A stretch of DNA of 32,000 nucleotides from Ruminococcus albus 7 = DSM 20455 (GCF_000179635.2 NC_014833.1:2460001-2492000), one strand, 5' to 3'. Shown: positions 16,254 to 25,477, numbered from the stretch's first letter. Made by a program: numbers and translations. Notes: generated from the sequence alone by a model not told the origin.

Positions 16254-16916
16254 TTATTTTATTTCGTCTTCGGACTTTGGCATAGGGCAGTTGTAATGCC
16301 ACACAGCATTTATCAGTCCTGCATTGAATCCCTCATCACAGAAATCTATCCTTGCCTTATCTTCTTCGCTGCCCTCGTAGAAAACTTCCTCCGGTGCAGT
16401 GAAGCTGAAGGCTTTGAAGCCTATGAATTCCATACTTTTCGGGATATAAATACGTTTCAGCGATCTCATCCCGGCACAGCTGTACTCTATCATACGTTTA
16501 CAGCCCTCGGGTATAACGATAGTTTCAAGTGACTTCGCATTCAGCGCTGTGTCCCCTATCCACCGAACTCCTTCGGGAACAAAGAAAACCTTCCCATCAA
16601 ACTTCGGCGGCATGAAATATAATTTTTTCATGTCCTTGGAATACAAACCGCCCTCGTACACACGGAAATACTCATTATCTTCCTCTGCTATAAATCGTTC
16701 AAGCACTGTGTTGTAATCGAAAATGTCACCCTCAATATAAACAACAGGTGCACCATTTATCGTATTCGGGATATAAAAATCTCTGATATCACTGATACTT
16801 TCACGCGTACCTATAAGCCAGATGCTGCCGTCATCTTCTTCCTCGGTACTATAATAGATCTTGCAGCCATCGCATATATAAAAGTTTTCATCTGTTGCGA
16901 TATGCTTTGTGTTCAT
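16254..16916 (-). CDS. cytoplasmic BspA-type leucine-rich-repeat protein (no signal peptide)
   Basis: LRR_5-like units are present (VPEGVRWIGDTALNAKSLETIVIPEGCKRMIEYSCAGMRSLKRIYIPKSMEFIGFKAFSF). ATG at 16916 overlaps the prmC TGA as ATGA. An alternative ATG exists at 16937. Confidence 0.65.
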   Translation of the reverse strand: MNTKHIATDENFYICDGCKIYYSTEEEDDGSIWLIGTRESISDIRDFYIPNTINGAPVVYIEGDIFDYNTVLERFIAEEDNEYFRVYEGGLYSKDMKKLYFMPPKFDGKVFFVPEGVRWIGDTALNAKSLETIVIPEGCKRMIEYSCAGMRSLKRIYIPKSMEFIGFKAFSFTAPEEVFYEGSEEDKARIDFCDEGFNAGLINAVWHYNCPMPKSEDEIK

Positions 16917-17767
16917 TTTTTTGTACCCATAACACATCTCATTATACCGCAGGGGTCGGGTTTGCAGCGGACGTTCTCAAAGCCGTGCTGAACCATTATC
17001 TGCATAACGTCATCCTCCTGACCCATGCCGATCTCGTATATCAGGGTACCGCCTGTTTTAAGCCTGTTTTTCCAGATGCGTGTAACAGCACGATAAAAGT
17101 CAAGACCGTCTTCACCGCCGAAAAGTGCTTCAACGGGTTCATAGGTAACTTCCTTTTGAAGACGTTCCATATCTTCCCCTGTGAGATAAGGCGGATTGCA
17201 TACGATCAGATCACATTCGGGTATACTCTCGGCACATCCATATTCAAGTACATCGCCCATAATTAGCTGTACAGCCGAACCGTTCATTTTAAGGTTTTCC
17301 CTGAGATGAACAGCAGCAGCTTCACTTTTCTCAACTGCGTAAACTTTACTGCACTTCAGAAATCTTTCAACAGCAAGGGCTATGCAGCCGCTGCCCGAAC
17401 AAAGATCGACAGCAACTATGCCGTCCGTATTTTTGTACTTATTCACAGCAAGCTCAACAAGAGTCTCTGTGTCCTGTCTTGGTATAAGCACACCTTTTCC
17501 GACCTTCAGAGGAATACCACAGAACTCCCACTCACCCAGCAGATACTGTAGCGGTTCTCCGTTCCTGCGTCTTTCACAGAGTTTCTCAAAGTCTTTGCTG
17601 AGGATTCCGTCAGCCTCATCATCAAGTGCTGATGAAAACGCTCCGCTGCGACAGTCTTTACCCATAGACATACCCAGCAGCTCACTGCAGTCGAAATACG
17701 CGTTGTCGTTGCCTTCCTTTTCAAGGAGGTCAGCCTGCGTTTTCAGAAGCTGTCTGTATGTCACCAC
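16913..17767 (-). CDS. prmC: release-factor glutamine N5-methyltransferase
   Basis: NPPY motif (IVCNPPYL). SAM-binding motif VDLCSGSGCIA. It follows a DUF1385 gene as in many Firmicutes. It has a GTG start overlapping the upstream stop. Confidence 0.9.
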   Translation of the reverse strand: MVTYRQLLKTQADLLEKEGNDNAYFDCSELLGMSMGKDCRSGAFSSALDDEADGILSKDFEKLCERRRNGEPLQYLLGEWEFCGIPLKVGKGVLIPRQDTETLVELAVNKYKNTDGIVAVDLCSGSGCIALAVERFLKCSKVYAVEKSEAAAVHLRENLKMNGSAVQLIMGDVLEYGCAESIPECDLIVCNPPYLTGEDMERLQKEVTYEPVEALFGGEDGLDFYRAVTRIWKNRLKTGGTLIYEIGMGQEDDVMQIMVQHGFENVRCKPDPCGIMRCVMGTKK

Positions 17768-18729
17768 TGATCATCCTCTTTATTTTCGGGGATAACTGCT
17801 TTAAGTGCTGCGATAGCACACTCTATCTCCTTTTCATCAGGTTCACGGGTAGTTATACGCTGTATCCAGAGTCCCGGAGCGGAGAATATGCGAGTGCAGG
17901 CGTTGGTATACTTTCCTGCCAGACGTATAAGCTCATATGCGATACCTGTAACAACGGGAAGAAGCGCCAGCTTGCAGAGTACTCTCAGCGGCAGACTCGC
18001 CCAGGATATACGGAATATAGTATTCACAAATATGCTTATAAACAGTACCAGGAATATAAAGCTTGTACCGCATCTCGGATGAAATCTGGTGAACTGCTTA
18101 ACATTCTCCGGTGTTAGCTCGGTTTCAGCCTCATAGCAGGCTATGGTCTTATGCTCAGCACCGTGGTATTCGTAAAGGCGCTTCATATCCGGCATAAGAG
18201 CAGTAAGGGAGGTATAGCCTATAAATATACCTATCTTCAGGAAGCCTTCGATAATATTTTTCAGGACAGTATTGATCTCGGCAGATACCAGTTTTTCTAT
18301 AAGCTTTATAATTGCAGAGGGCACCCACATGAACAGGAACATGGCGATCACCAGACCTAAGATCATTGAGATAGTGGATATCACAGGCATCAGTTTATCG
18401 CCAAGTTTTTCATCCAGCCATTTCTCGAACTTAGTAGGTTCTTCCTCTTTATCATCATCTGTCATCTGCTTATCAACAGAGCGCGATATGCACTTATAGC
18501 CGTCGATCATAGAAGTAACAAAGTTGAATATGCCTCTCAGGAACGGTGTCTTTCTGTACCAGGGTGGATTTTTGCCGCCTTTTATCTCCCACTCGTCAAT
18601 ATCAATAGTCCCGTCAGGCATACGGTTTGCCATAGCGCCCTTATCGATGCCGCGCATCATAACGCCTTCTATAACAGCCTGACCGCCTATCTTGGATTTG
18701 AATTTTTCCTTACCCGAATTACTGCTCAT
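17761..18729 (-). CDS. DUF1385-family (YqhQ-like) membrane protein
   Basis: The N-terminus IGGQAVIEGVMMRG and the block YHGAEHKTI are characteristic of DUF1385. Several TM helices are present. The position upstream of prmC is conserved. Confidence 0.75.
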   Translation of the reverse strand: MSSNSGKEKFKSKIGGQAVIEGVMMRGIDKGAMANRMPDGTIDIDEWEIKGGKNPPWYRKTPFLRGIFNFVTSMIDGYKCISRSVDKQMTDDDKEEEPTKFEKWLDEKLGDKLMPVISTISMILGLVIAMFLFMWVPSAIIKLIEKLVSAEINTVLKNIIEGFLKIGIFIGYTSLTALMPDMKRLYEYHGAEHKTIACYEAETELTPENVKQFTRFHPRCGTSFIFLVLFISIFVNTIFRISWASLPLRVLCKLALLPVVTGIAYELIRLAGKYTNACTRIFSAPGLWIQRITTREPDEKEIECAIAALKAVIPENKEDDQW

Positions 18730-20278
18730 CGGTATCTTTCCTTTCTACAGCCCCTTCGGGCTTGTCATCAGAAGATATGAGCTCTACATCCACAGTGTCG
18801 CTCTCCTCCGATCTTTCTTCCTGCTCAATGAATGGCAGGGTTATCATAACGGTCGTACCAACACCCTGCTCACTGTCGATAGTCAGGGTGCCGCCGTGTC
18901 TTGCTATTATCTCATCAGCCACAGCCAGACCTATGCCCGAACCGCGTCGGGTCTGGTTAGCCTTAAAGAACTTCTGCTTGATACGCGGCAGGTCTTCCTT
19001 TGAGATACCAATACCGGTATCTGAAACGGAGATACATATCTCCCCTTCTTCCTCATAGGCTTCTACCGATACTGTATCGCCCTTGTCAGAATACTTTATT
19101 GCATTATCCACCACGTTTATGAATACCTGTCTGAGCCTGTTTTTATCACCGTAAACAAACGGCAGCATATCAGGTTCAAAGTAGTTCAGGGTTATACCCA
19201 GCACCCTTGCACGCTCCTGATAAATGAGCACTGTTTCACCCAGTTCGGCAAGTATGTCTATAGTGTCCATCTGGAGCATCAGTCTGTTATCCTGTATACG
19301 TGAGAAATCCAGAAGTTCCTCAACCATCTGCGAAAGTCTTTCTGTCTCACTGTTGATGACACGCATACCCTTTTTGAAGGTCTCAACATCACCGTACATA
19401 GTAGCAACAGTTTCCGTCCATCCCTTTATTGCTGTAAGGGGTGTTCTCAGTTCGTGGGATACGGATGATATGAACTCGTTCTTCATCTGCTCGGTATTTG
19501 AAAGCTCCTCAGCCATATTGTTTATTGAATCGCAGAGCTCGCCAAGCTCATCCTCGCTTTTTTTCTCGATACGCTTTGAGAAATCTCCCTTCGCGTACTT
19601 ATGTGTAATATCAGCTATACCGCGGATAGGTATTACTATCTGCCTTATAAAATACATACCAGTAAAGAACATGAGCAGTATTATCCCAAGCACGATAGCT
19701 GTTATCACTGCAGCGATCAGACCTATCTGATGATCTACGTTCTTCATGGAGCTGAGCATTCTCAGCGCTTCGTAATCACAGCCCTTCGGAGATATGACCG
19801 ATGTGACTGCAACCACCTTTTCACCTGTAGCCAGCCTGATTATCTGTGCAGCAGTGCCCGCCGCCGAAGACTTCGCCTCATTGTAGTCAGTCATGCTGTC
19901 TCCGCCCTGAAGTGAGAATCCGGATGAGGTAACATCAACATCACCGTCAGCGGTTATCGCCATAAGCTCTATCCTGTCCTTATCCTCATAGCTTTCAACA
20001 ATATTTCTGATCTCGGCATTGTAGTTCGTGGTATCTCCCGCAGAATTCATAACCGAAGTAGTGATGATATTCATTTTGGATGTGACGTACTGCTTGGCTG
20101 AGGTGTAATAATAGCTTTTAACGATAACTATAAGTACTATCTCAACGGCGAGAAGTATCAGTGTGACTATGCCCATGCTGTTAACGAGCCAGTGACGTGT
20201 TATGCTTTCACCGCCGCGGTATTTCCGTTTTATATGAACGCTCAATTTCTGCACCTTTAGCCGTTTCCGCCCGACCAC
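18719..20278 (-). CDS. sensor histidine kinase (two TM helices flanking a ~140-aa extracytoplasmic domain, then HAMP, HisKA, HATPase_c)
   Basis: H-box SHELRTPL. N-box NVVDNAIKYS. G-boxes DTGIGI and GSGIGLAV. The start is uncertain (GTG 20278, GTG 20254 or TTG 20245). It overlaps the RR stop and the DUF1385 start. Confidence 0.85.
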   Translation of the reverse strand: MVGRKRLKVQKLSVHIKRKYRGGESITRHWLVNSMGIVTLILLAVEIVLIVIVKSYYYTSAKQYVTSKMNIITTSVMNSAGDTTNYNAEIRNIVESYEDKDRIELMAITADGDVDVTSSGFSLQGGDSMTDYNEAKSSAAGTAAQIIRLATGEKVVAVTSVISPKGCDYEALRMLSSMKNVDHQIGLIAAVITAIVLGIILLMFFTGMYFIRQIVIPIRGIADITHKYAKGDFSKRIEKKSEDELGELCDSINNMAEELSNTEQMKNEFISSVSHELRTPLTAIKGWTETVATMYGDVETFKKGMRVINSETERLSQMVEELLDFSRIQDNRLMLQMDTIDILAELGETVLIYQERARVLGITLNYFEPDMLPFVYGDKNRLRQVFINVVDNAIKYSDKGDTVSVEAYEEEGEICISVSDTGIGISKEDLPRIKQKFFKANQTRRGSGIGLAVADEIIARHGGTLTIDSEQGVGTTVMITLPFIEQEERSEESDTVDVELISSDDKPEGAVERKDTDEQ

Positions 20279-20961
20279 TTATAGCCGAAGCCCCATATAG
20301 TCAGTATATACTTGGGGTTTGAAGGTTCATCCTCTATCTTCATACGTATACGTCTGATATTTACATCGACTATCTTATCATCACCGTAATAACTCTCACC
20401 CCAGATGTGGTTAAGTATACTTGATCTGTCAAGTGCAGCATTCTGATTCTTGAAGAAGTACTCCATTATCTGATACTCGACCTGAGTAAGGTCTATCTGC
20501 TTGTTGTTTTTGGTAACTGTCCTGCTCTTGAGGTTGAGCACAAAAGGACCGGATGTTATTGTGGAAGCCTCCTCGGGCTTTACAGCAGAGCGGTTCACTC
20601 TCCTGCACACAGCATCTACCCTGGCGATAAGCTCGGATATAGAGAATGGCTTTGTTATATAATCATCAGCGCCGCTCATAAGGCAGGATATCTTATCCAT
20701 CTCCTGGCTCTTGGCTGAAAGCATGATTATACCAACAGAATTATTTTTCTCGCGTATCTTTTTGCATACCTGCATACCATCGATACCGGGCATCATTATA
20801 TCAAGCAGCGCAACATCAAAGCCGCCTTCGTTTTCCTCATAAGCTTTCAGTGCATCCTCACCGCAGTTTACATCGACTACCTCGTAACCGCTTCTAACAA
20901 GATTTATAACAACAAACTCGCGGATGGAGTCTTCATCTTCACAAACAAGAACTCTTTTCAT
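20257..20961 (-). CDS. OmpR/PhoB-family response regulator
   Basis: Receiver domain (VLVCEDEDSI...LLDIMMPGIDG...SAKS...). C-terminal winged helix (LTQVEYQIMEYF...VNIRRIRMKIE...IWGFGYKW). ATG at 20961 has GAGGAG 10 nt upstream. The track start at 21051 is unsupported. Confidence 0.9.
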   Translation of the reverse strand: MKRVLVCEDEDSIREFVVINLVRSGYEVVDVNCGEDALKAYEENEGGFDVALLDIMMPGIDGMQVCKKIREKNNSVGIIMLSAKSQEMDKISCLMSGADDYITKPFSISELIARVDAVCRRVNRSAVKPEEASTITSGPFVLNLKSRTVTKNNKQIDLTQVEYQIMEYFFKNQNAALDRSSILNHIWGESYYGDDKIVDVNIRRIRMKIEDEPSNPKYILTIWGFGYKWSGGNG

Positions 20962-21016
20962 GTTCCATGCTCTCCTCTCATTGTAATGATCTGTAATAAA
21001 TTTATACGTCTGCTTG

Positions 21017-22381
21017 TCAGTCAACAATAAAGAAATTGTTCCTGACCTCATCTATCGTAAGTATAAGCTGTTCACGTTTATCTTCGGGCAGCTTGACATA
21101 ATAATCCAGCTGACCCTTGCTGGCTATGAGCTTATAGCCGTCATCGGAATAGGAGCTGCTTTCTTTCCGGCTTACAGCTGCTATCCTCATTATCTCGGTA
21201 TTGGAGCTGTTGATGTCTCCGTTGTATTTATAGAATACAAGTTCCGTCATATCAGCATCGCGCTTGACAGTGACCTGATCGTTCCACCTGTTTGGGAATG
21301 AGAAGAAATAGCCGTTGGATATTGAATAATACCCGTGATACTTACCTGTCAGGTCAAAGAAATCCTTATACACGTTCCACGTGGTCATATAAACCATTTC
21401 ATCGGTAATGGCATTCTCATAGCCTGTCATAGGTTTAACGGACGGTATCTCCACTATGCCGTCACCGTCAACATCGGTGCTGTAATACCTGTCAGGTCTT
21501 GTACAAAGGGGCAGCAGCTTCTGCTGGCTGAGCTGCATGGGATTCTGGAGGGTCGAATACCTATAATAAACTATCTCCGTCTGGAGGTTACCGTCAGCAT
21601 TTGTGCCGTCGATGAATATAGCCTCATGCTGCTTATTAAGCAGACCCGAGCGGGTGTTGACATAATTCACAACATTACTGCACATATCTATGCCCTCTGT
21701 TTTTACCAGCTCATTATCGGCTGACATATCAAGAAGTGAGGCCTTGGCAGTGGTCACATTTGTTTCGGGATTTGTCTGCCTTTGTATGGTAACTATCTCA
21801 CGGTAGCCGTCATAGTTGATATCCAGTGTATCAAGTATAGAATAGGTATCGGTGCCCACCCTCTTGAAATCACCGTCGTAGCAGCTGTATATCTCCAGTG
21901 TACAATCACTTCCCGCCACAGACTGATATCCAACAAGTACATTATAGCGGTTCTTTTCACCCATCTGTGATACTATAACTCTGTCAACCTCAGTTCCTGC
22001 ACCTGCCAGCTCCTTGACTGAGAACCACTTGCCTTCACTGTCCTTATCGAGCAGATTGACCCTTATACCGTTATCAGAGCCTGTACCTGTATTATATTCG
22101 TAAAAGACAAGAGCTTCTTCACCCGGTTCACCATCGAGATTGCCTATAACAAAAGCCGAACGATTGTCACCTTTTCTTGGATATTTAAGTGTTATGCTCC
22201 CACCTACAGCAGCAGTCAGAGCCTCATGTATCTCACCCTGCTCCTCAGTGAGCTTGGGAGCATTCAGCAGACTGTCAACAGTAAAGCTGAATCCCGTACA
22301 TCCGCTGAGTCCGACACTGAGCGCCGTTACAGCCGAAGCAAGGCACAAACGCAAACAGCTCACCACATCACTTCCGATCAT
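21017..22381 (-). CDS. hypothetical lipoprotein with repeated D-x-D/N-G-D/E (FG-GAP/VCBS-like) loops
   Basis: Lipobox LSGC at residues 25-28 after a hydrophobic segment. Loops are NLDGEPGEE, DINYDGYRE and DVDGDGIVE. The SD before ATG 22381 is weak. Confidence 0.6.
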   Translation of the reverse strand: MIGSDVVSCLRLCLASAVTALSVGLSGCTGFSFTVDSLLNAPKLTEEQGEIHEALTAAVGGSITLKYPRKGDNRSAFVIGNLDGEPGEEALVFYEYNTGTGSDNGIRVNLLDKDSEGKWFSVKELAGAGTEVDRVIVSQMGEKNRYNVLVGYQSVAGSDCTLEIYSCYDGDFKRVGTDTYSILDTLDINYDGYREIVTIQRQTNPETNVTTAKASLLDMSADNELVKTEGIDMCSNVVNYVNTRSGLLNKQHEAIFIDGTNADGNLQTEIVYYRYSTLQNPMQLSQQKLLPLCTRPDRYYSTDVDGDGIVEIPSVKPMTGYENAITDEMVYMTTWNVYKDFFDLTGKYHGYYSISNGYFFSFPNRWNDQVTVKRDADMTELVFYKYNGDINSSNTEIMRIAAVSRKESSSYSDDGYKLIASKGQLDYYVKLPEDKREQLILTIDEVRNNFFIVD

Positions 22382-22405
22382 ATCAATTTCATTTCATACA
22401 TTGAT

Positions 22406-22434
22406 ATTATACCACATTACCCTGTCTATTGCAA
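22406..22434 (-). promoter_or_regulatory. sigma-A promoter TTGCAA-17-TATAAT
   Basis: -35 TTGCAA at 22429-22434. -10 TATAAT is the reverse complement of 22406-22411. The spacer is 17 nt. It lies about 25 nt upstream of the lipoprotein ATG. Confidence 0.7.
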
Positions 22435-22438
22435 GTCA

Positions 22439-22455
22439 TTTCACTGATTTTTCAC
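22439..22455 (-). promoter_or_regulatory. direct repeat GTGAAA-N5-GTGAAA abutting the -35 (candidate response-regulator box)
   Basis: On the minus strand GTGAAA occurs at 22455-22450 and 22444-22439, an 11-bp period. The proximal copy ends 4 nt upstream of the -35 hexamer. Confidence 0.3.
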
Positions 22456-22513
22456 CCCTCGGTGAAAGAAAAAATATGACCGACATGATGACTATGATAT
22501 CACTTGATGCAGT

Positions 22514-22546
22514 AATAAAAAAGCAGCCCCGCATAAGCGGAGCCGC
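22514..22546 (-). terminator. intrinsic terminator after the GH25 gene
   Basis: The minus strand reads GCGGCUCCGC-UUAU-GCGGGGCUGC, a 10-bp stem in which two positions pair only as G-U on the minus-strand RNA. It is followed by U6. Confidence 0.85.
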
Positions 22547-22554
22547 GCAACTTC

Positions 22555-24813
22555 TTATTGACCCAGGAGGTCATCGAAATAGAATACCTCATCTGCGGGT
22601 CTTGATTTTTCATCACCGATAATGTAAAGCTGATTGGAGAACAGACCGAAGTTAACAACTTCTGCGTTGCCAACATAGCCCTTTATCCTTACGCTTGCAA
22701 AATCAGCATCTTTAAGTCCTACAATGATCGCCATTTCACCCTTTACTGATGAATACTGCTTGTAGCCATGACCCATATCCACATAGACCATATATTCGCT
22801 GCAGCCTTCAATAGCGTTCCATGAGATGACTGCGTAGTCATCTGTCTTGCTTACCAGTGCTGCTTCGGTTACTTCGGGAAGTGTGGTCTTCACACGGTTT
22901 GAAGCTTCGGTGAAGAATTCCTTGCCTTCCTTGGAGTTATAAGCCTTGACGAAATATACTGCACCATGAGGATCATCTATGTGGTACGAGCAGACATCTG
23001 TTCTGCCGATCTCAGTTTCATTACCGTTGATATCAACTTCGTATACCACATATCCCATAGCATCATCTATCTTGTTCCATGAAAGACCGTCTTCGCTGGA
23101 ATCAAGATCTACATTTCCTCTTGGAGGATAGCTTATTCCTTTGAAAGAACAGATATTTGAAGCAGCTGATGTGAACTTTTCACCATCAAGTTCGGTATAT
23201 GCCTGAACATAATAATCAGCTGTTACACTCTCATCAACGACCAATGAAGTGCCGCTGACATATTTTACGCTCTTGGTTCCATTCCTATCTCTGGTAACTA
23301 CATAACCATCAGCATCGGGAACCGAAGTCCATAACAGCTTATTGGCTCTCAGCTCTGCATGAGGCTCACGCGAGGGAGCATTTGAAGGAAGGGATACCAC
23401 CTCGGAATAATCACCGTAAATACCATTCTTGTTATAAGCCCTTACAACAGCTGTTCTCTTTTCAAGCTGAGATCCGCTTATCTCAAAGCTTGTAGCCTTG
23501 GTAACACCTGCACGGGAGATCACACCGTAAACGGAGGTATATACCTCATAGCCCACTGCACCGTCAACTGCATCCCAGCTGAGAGTAGCCTTGTCGATAC
23601 CGCTCCTCTTAACTTGTACCGAAGCAGGTGCTTCACGGAAGCTGTCTACCTTTGCAGATACACTGCCATAGTGCTTCTTTCCGCCGAAATAATTGTAAGC
23701 CGCTACACAGTAGCTTGCACTTTTCTGATTGGATATATCGAAGCTTGTACCTTCAACATCGGCAACAACGTATTTATCTGAACCATTATCCGAACCGTAT
23801 ACGGTATAGCCGTCAGCACCGGCAGCCTTGTTCCATGAAAGAATGCCGTTATTGATCTGCGCATTTATCTTGGTGACAGGAGCATAGCTGACATCATACT
23901 TTACGCTGATATCAACGCCGCCTGTGATTCCATCGATAGATGCGGAGCTTGAGTACTGCCATGCATCATATATACCGGGATAGTCAACGTAAGTATCATA
24001 GCAGGCTACCCAGGTCCTGTAATCATTACCAAGCTCGGGACCGTTTATCATATGGGTCAGCCAGTTGAGGTTAGCATATACACCCGACTCATAGCCGTAG
24101 GATTCTATCCTGTCGCAGAACGACCTGCACAGCTTGGTCTTCTGAGCCTTTGAAAGGCCGGCGTGATCAAGTCTGCCGTAATCGTAATCAACGCTCTCAA
24201 TATCATAGTACACGGGAAGATCAATAGTATAATCCTTCAGTACAGCCGCACAGAAGTCAGCTTCCTGACGAGCCTCGGCGTAGGTTATTGCCTGGGTATA
24301 GAAATATATACCTACTTTAAGACCAGCAGCCTTAGCACCCTTTATGTTCTCATAGAACCTATCGTCCATCATGAGCGTACCTGCAGAACCGTATCCGCGG
24401 TAGCCCAGTCTGATTATAACGTTATCGATGCCGTCAGCCTTGACTTTTTTCCAGTCGATAGTATACTGCCACTGTGAAACGTCGATGAAGTATGTTTTTT
24501 TCATACCATCGAATCTGCTGTCGTGGGAAAGCCTTGTACCAAACACGCCGCTTATAGTCGAAAAATCCGCCTTTATCCTGCCGCTTGGTGTAAGACTGTT
24601 CATCCTGTCGGTCACAAGCTTATGTCTATACTTCAGATAACCTGCATCCTCGGAATGATCTGAATCTGAATAGTTTATCTCATAAGATTCTCCTCCCGCG
24701 CTTACGACCTGCTTTTCAGAAGTATCTGCTTTTTCAGCCAGAGCGGTGACGCTCATGCCTGCGCAAAGTATACACGCGATAGCTGCACCCGCAGCCGCTT
24801 TGAATAATTTCAT
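22555..24813 (-). CDS. secreted GH25 muramidase (lysozyme) followed by five FN3-like repeats
   Basis: Signal peptide MKLFKAAAGAAIACILCAGMSVTALA. The GH25 core is YFIDVSQWQYTIDWKKVKADGIDNVIIRLGYRG...VGIYFY. Five ~80-aa units each carry SW(N/D)xxxxAxGYxVY. Confidence 0.85.
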   Translation of the reverse strand: MKLFKAAAGAAIACILCAGMSVTALAEKADTSEKQVVSAGGESYEINYSDSDHSEDAGYLKYRHKLVTDRMNSLTPSGRIKADFSTISGVFGTRLSHDSRFDGMKKTYFIDVSQWQYTIDWKKVKADGIDNVIIRLGYRGYGSAGTLMMDDRFYENIKGAKAAGLKVGIYFYTQAITYAEARQEADFCAAVLKDYTIDLPVYYDIESVDYDYGRLDHAGLSKAQKTKLCRSFCDRIESYGYESGVYANLNWLTHMINGPELGNDYRTWVACYDTYVDYPGIYDAWQYSSSASIDGITGGVDISVKYDVSYAPVTKINAQINNGILSWNKAAGADGYTVYGSDNGSDKYVVADVEGTSFDISNQKSASYCVAAYNYFGGKKHYGSVSAKVDSFREAPASVQVKRSGIDKATLSWDAVDGAVGYEVYTSVYGVISRAGVTKATSFEISGSQLEKRTAVVRAYNKNGIYGDYSEVVSLPSNAPSREPHAELRANKLLWTSVPDADGYVVTRDRNGTKSVKYVSGTSLVVDESVTADYYVQAYTELDGEKFTSAASNICSFKGISYPPRGNVDLDSSEDGLSWNKIDDAMGYVVYEVDINGNETEIGRTDVCSYHIDDPHGAVYFVKAYNSKEGKEFFTEASNRVKTTLPEVTEAALVSKTDDYAVISWNAIEGCSEYMVYVDMGHGYKQYSSVKGEMAIIVGLKDADFASVRIKGYVGNAEVVNFGLFSNQLYIIGDEKSRPADEVFYFDDLLGQ

Positions 24814-24876
24814 ACTAAATTAGACCTCCGTAAAAGTTACATTGTATTACATAAAGGTTACATTCCAATGCTGTAT

Positions 24877-24905
24877 ATTATACTCGATTTCACACAGCTT
24901 GTCAA
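24877..24905 (-). promoter_or_regulatory. sigma-A promoter, perfect consensus TTGACA-17-TATAAT
   Basis: -35 is the reverse complement of 24900-24905. -10 is the reverse complement of 24877-24882. The spacer is 17 nt. It lies about 60 nt upstream of the GH25 ATG, which has a GGAGG SD. Confidence 0.75.
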
Positions 24906-24928
24906 TAGAGAGAATTTTCCAAATATAA

Positions 24929-24981
24929 GAAAAAACTCCCAAAAATCCGATTTTTAGTAAAAAATCACCGATTTTCGGGAG
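24929..24981 (-). terminator. intrinsic terminator after rpiB (long stem, large loop)
   Basis: The minus strand reads CUCCCGAAAAUC...GGAUUUUUGGGAG, 12 contiguous bp including one G-U pair that exists only on minus-strand RNA. It is followed by UUUUUUC. Confidence 0.7.
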
Positions 24982-25036
24982 TATACTATGTTGACTTTTA
25001 ACAAAAACAATTAGTTAAAAAACAGTAAATTTTACG

Positions 25037-25477
25037 TCACGCATTTTCGATATCGTGTATCTTGTCAACTCTGCGCTGATGTCTGCCGCCCTCAAATGGA
25101 GTATCGATAAACACCTTGATAAGTTCGCAGGCAAGACCTGCACCAACCACTCTCGCGCCAATGCAAAGAACATTAGCATCGTTATGAGCTCTTGTGTACT
25201 TAGCCGAGAAATAGTCTGAGCAGCACGCAGCCCTGATACCCTTGACCTTGTTTGCCGCCATTGACATACCGATACCCGTTCCGCAGATCAGCACTGCAAG
25301 AGCACACTCGCCGCTTGTCACCTTAGCACATACCTCCTGTGCCTTGTCGGGGTAATCGCACTTTTCGCCCTCCTGTACACCGAGATCGGTATATTCTACT
25401 CCTATCTCGTCCAGATATGCCAGTACCTCTTTTTTAAGTTCAGGACCTGCATGATCGCAGCCTATTGCAAGTTTCAT
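25037..25477 (-). CDS. rpiB: ribose-5-phosphate isomerase B (RpiB/LacAB family)
   Basis: The N-terminus reads MKLAIGCDHAG. Family blocks are CGTGIGMSMAANK and ARVVG. ATG at 25477 has GGAGGAAGCAATT upstream, and the track start at 25492 contains that SD. Confidence 0.9.
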   Translation of the reverse strand: MKLAIGCDHAGPELKKEVLAYLDEIGVEYTDLGVQEGEKCDYPDKAQEVCAKVTSGECALAVLICGTGIGMSMAANKVKGIRAACCSDYFSAKYTRAHNDANVLCIGARVVGAGLACELIKVFIDTPFEGGRHQRRVDKIHDIENA

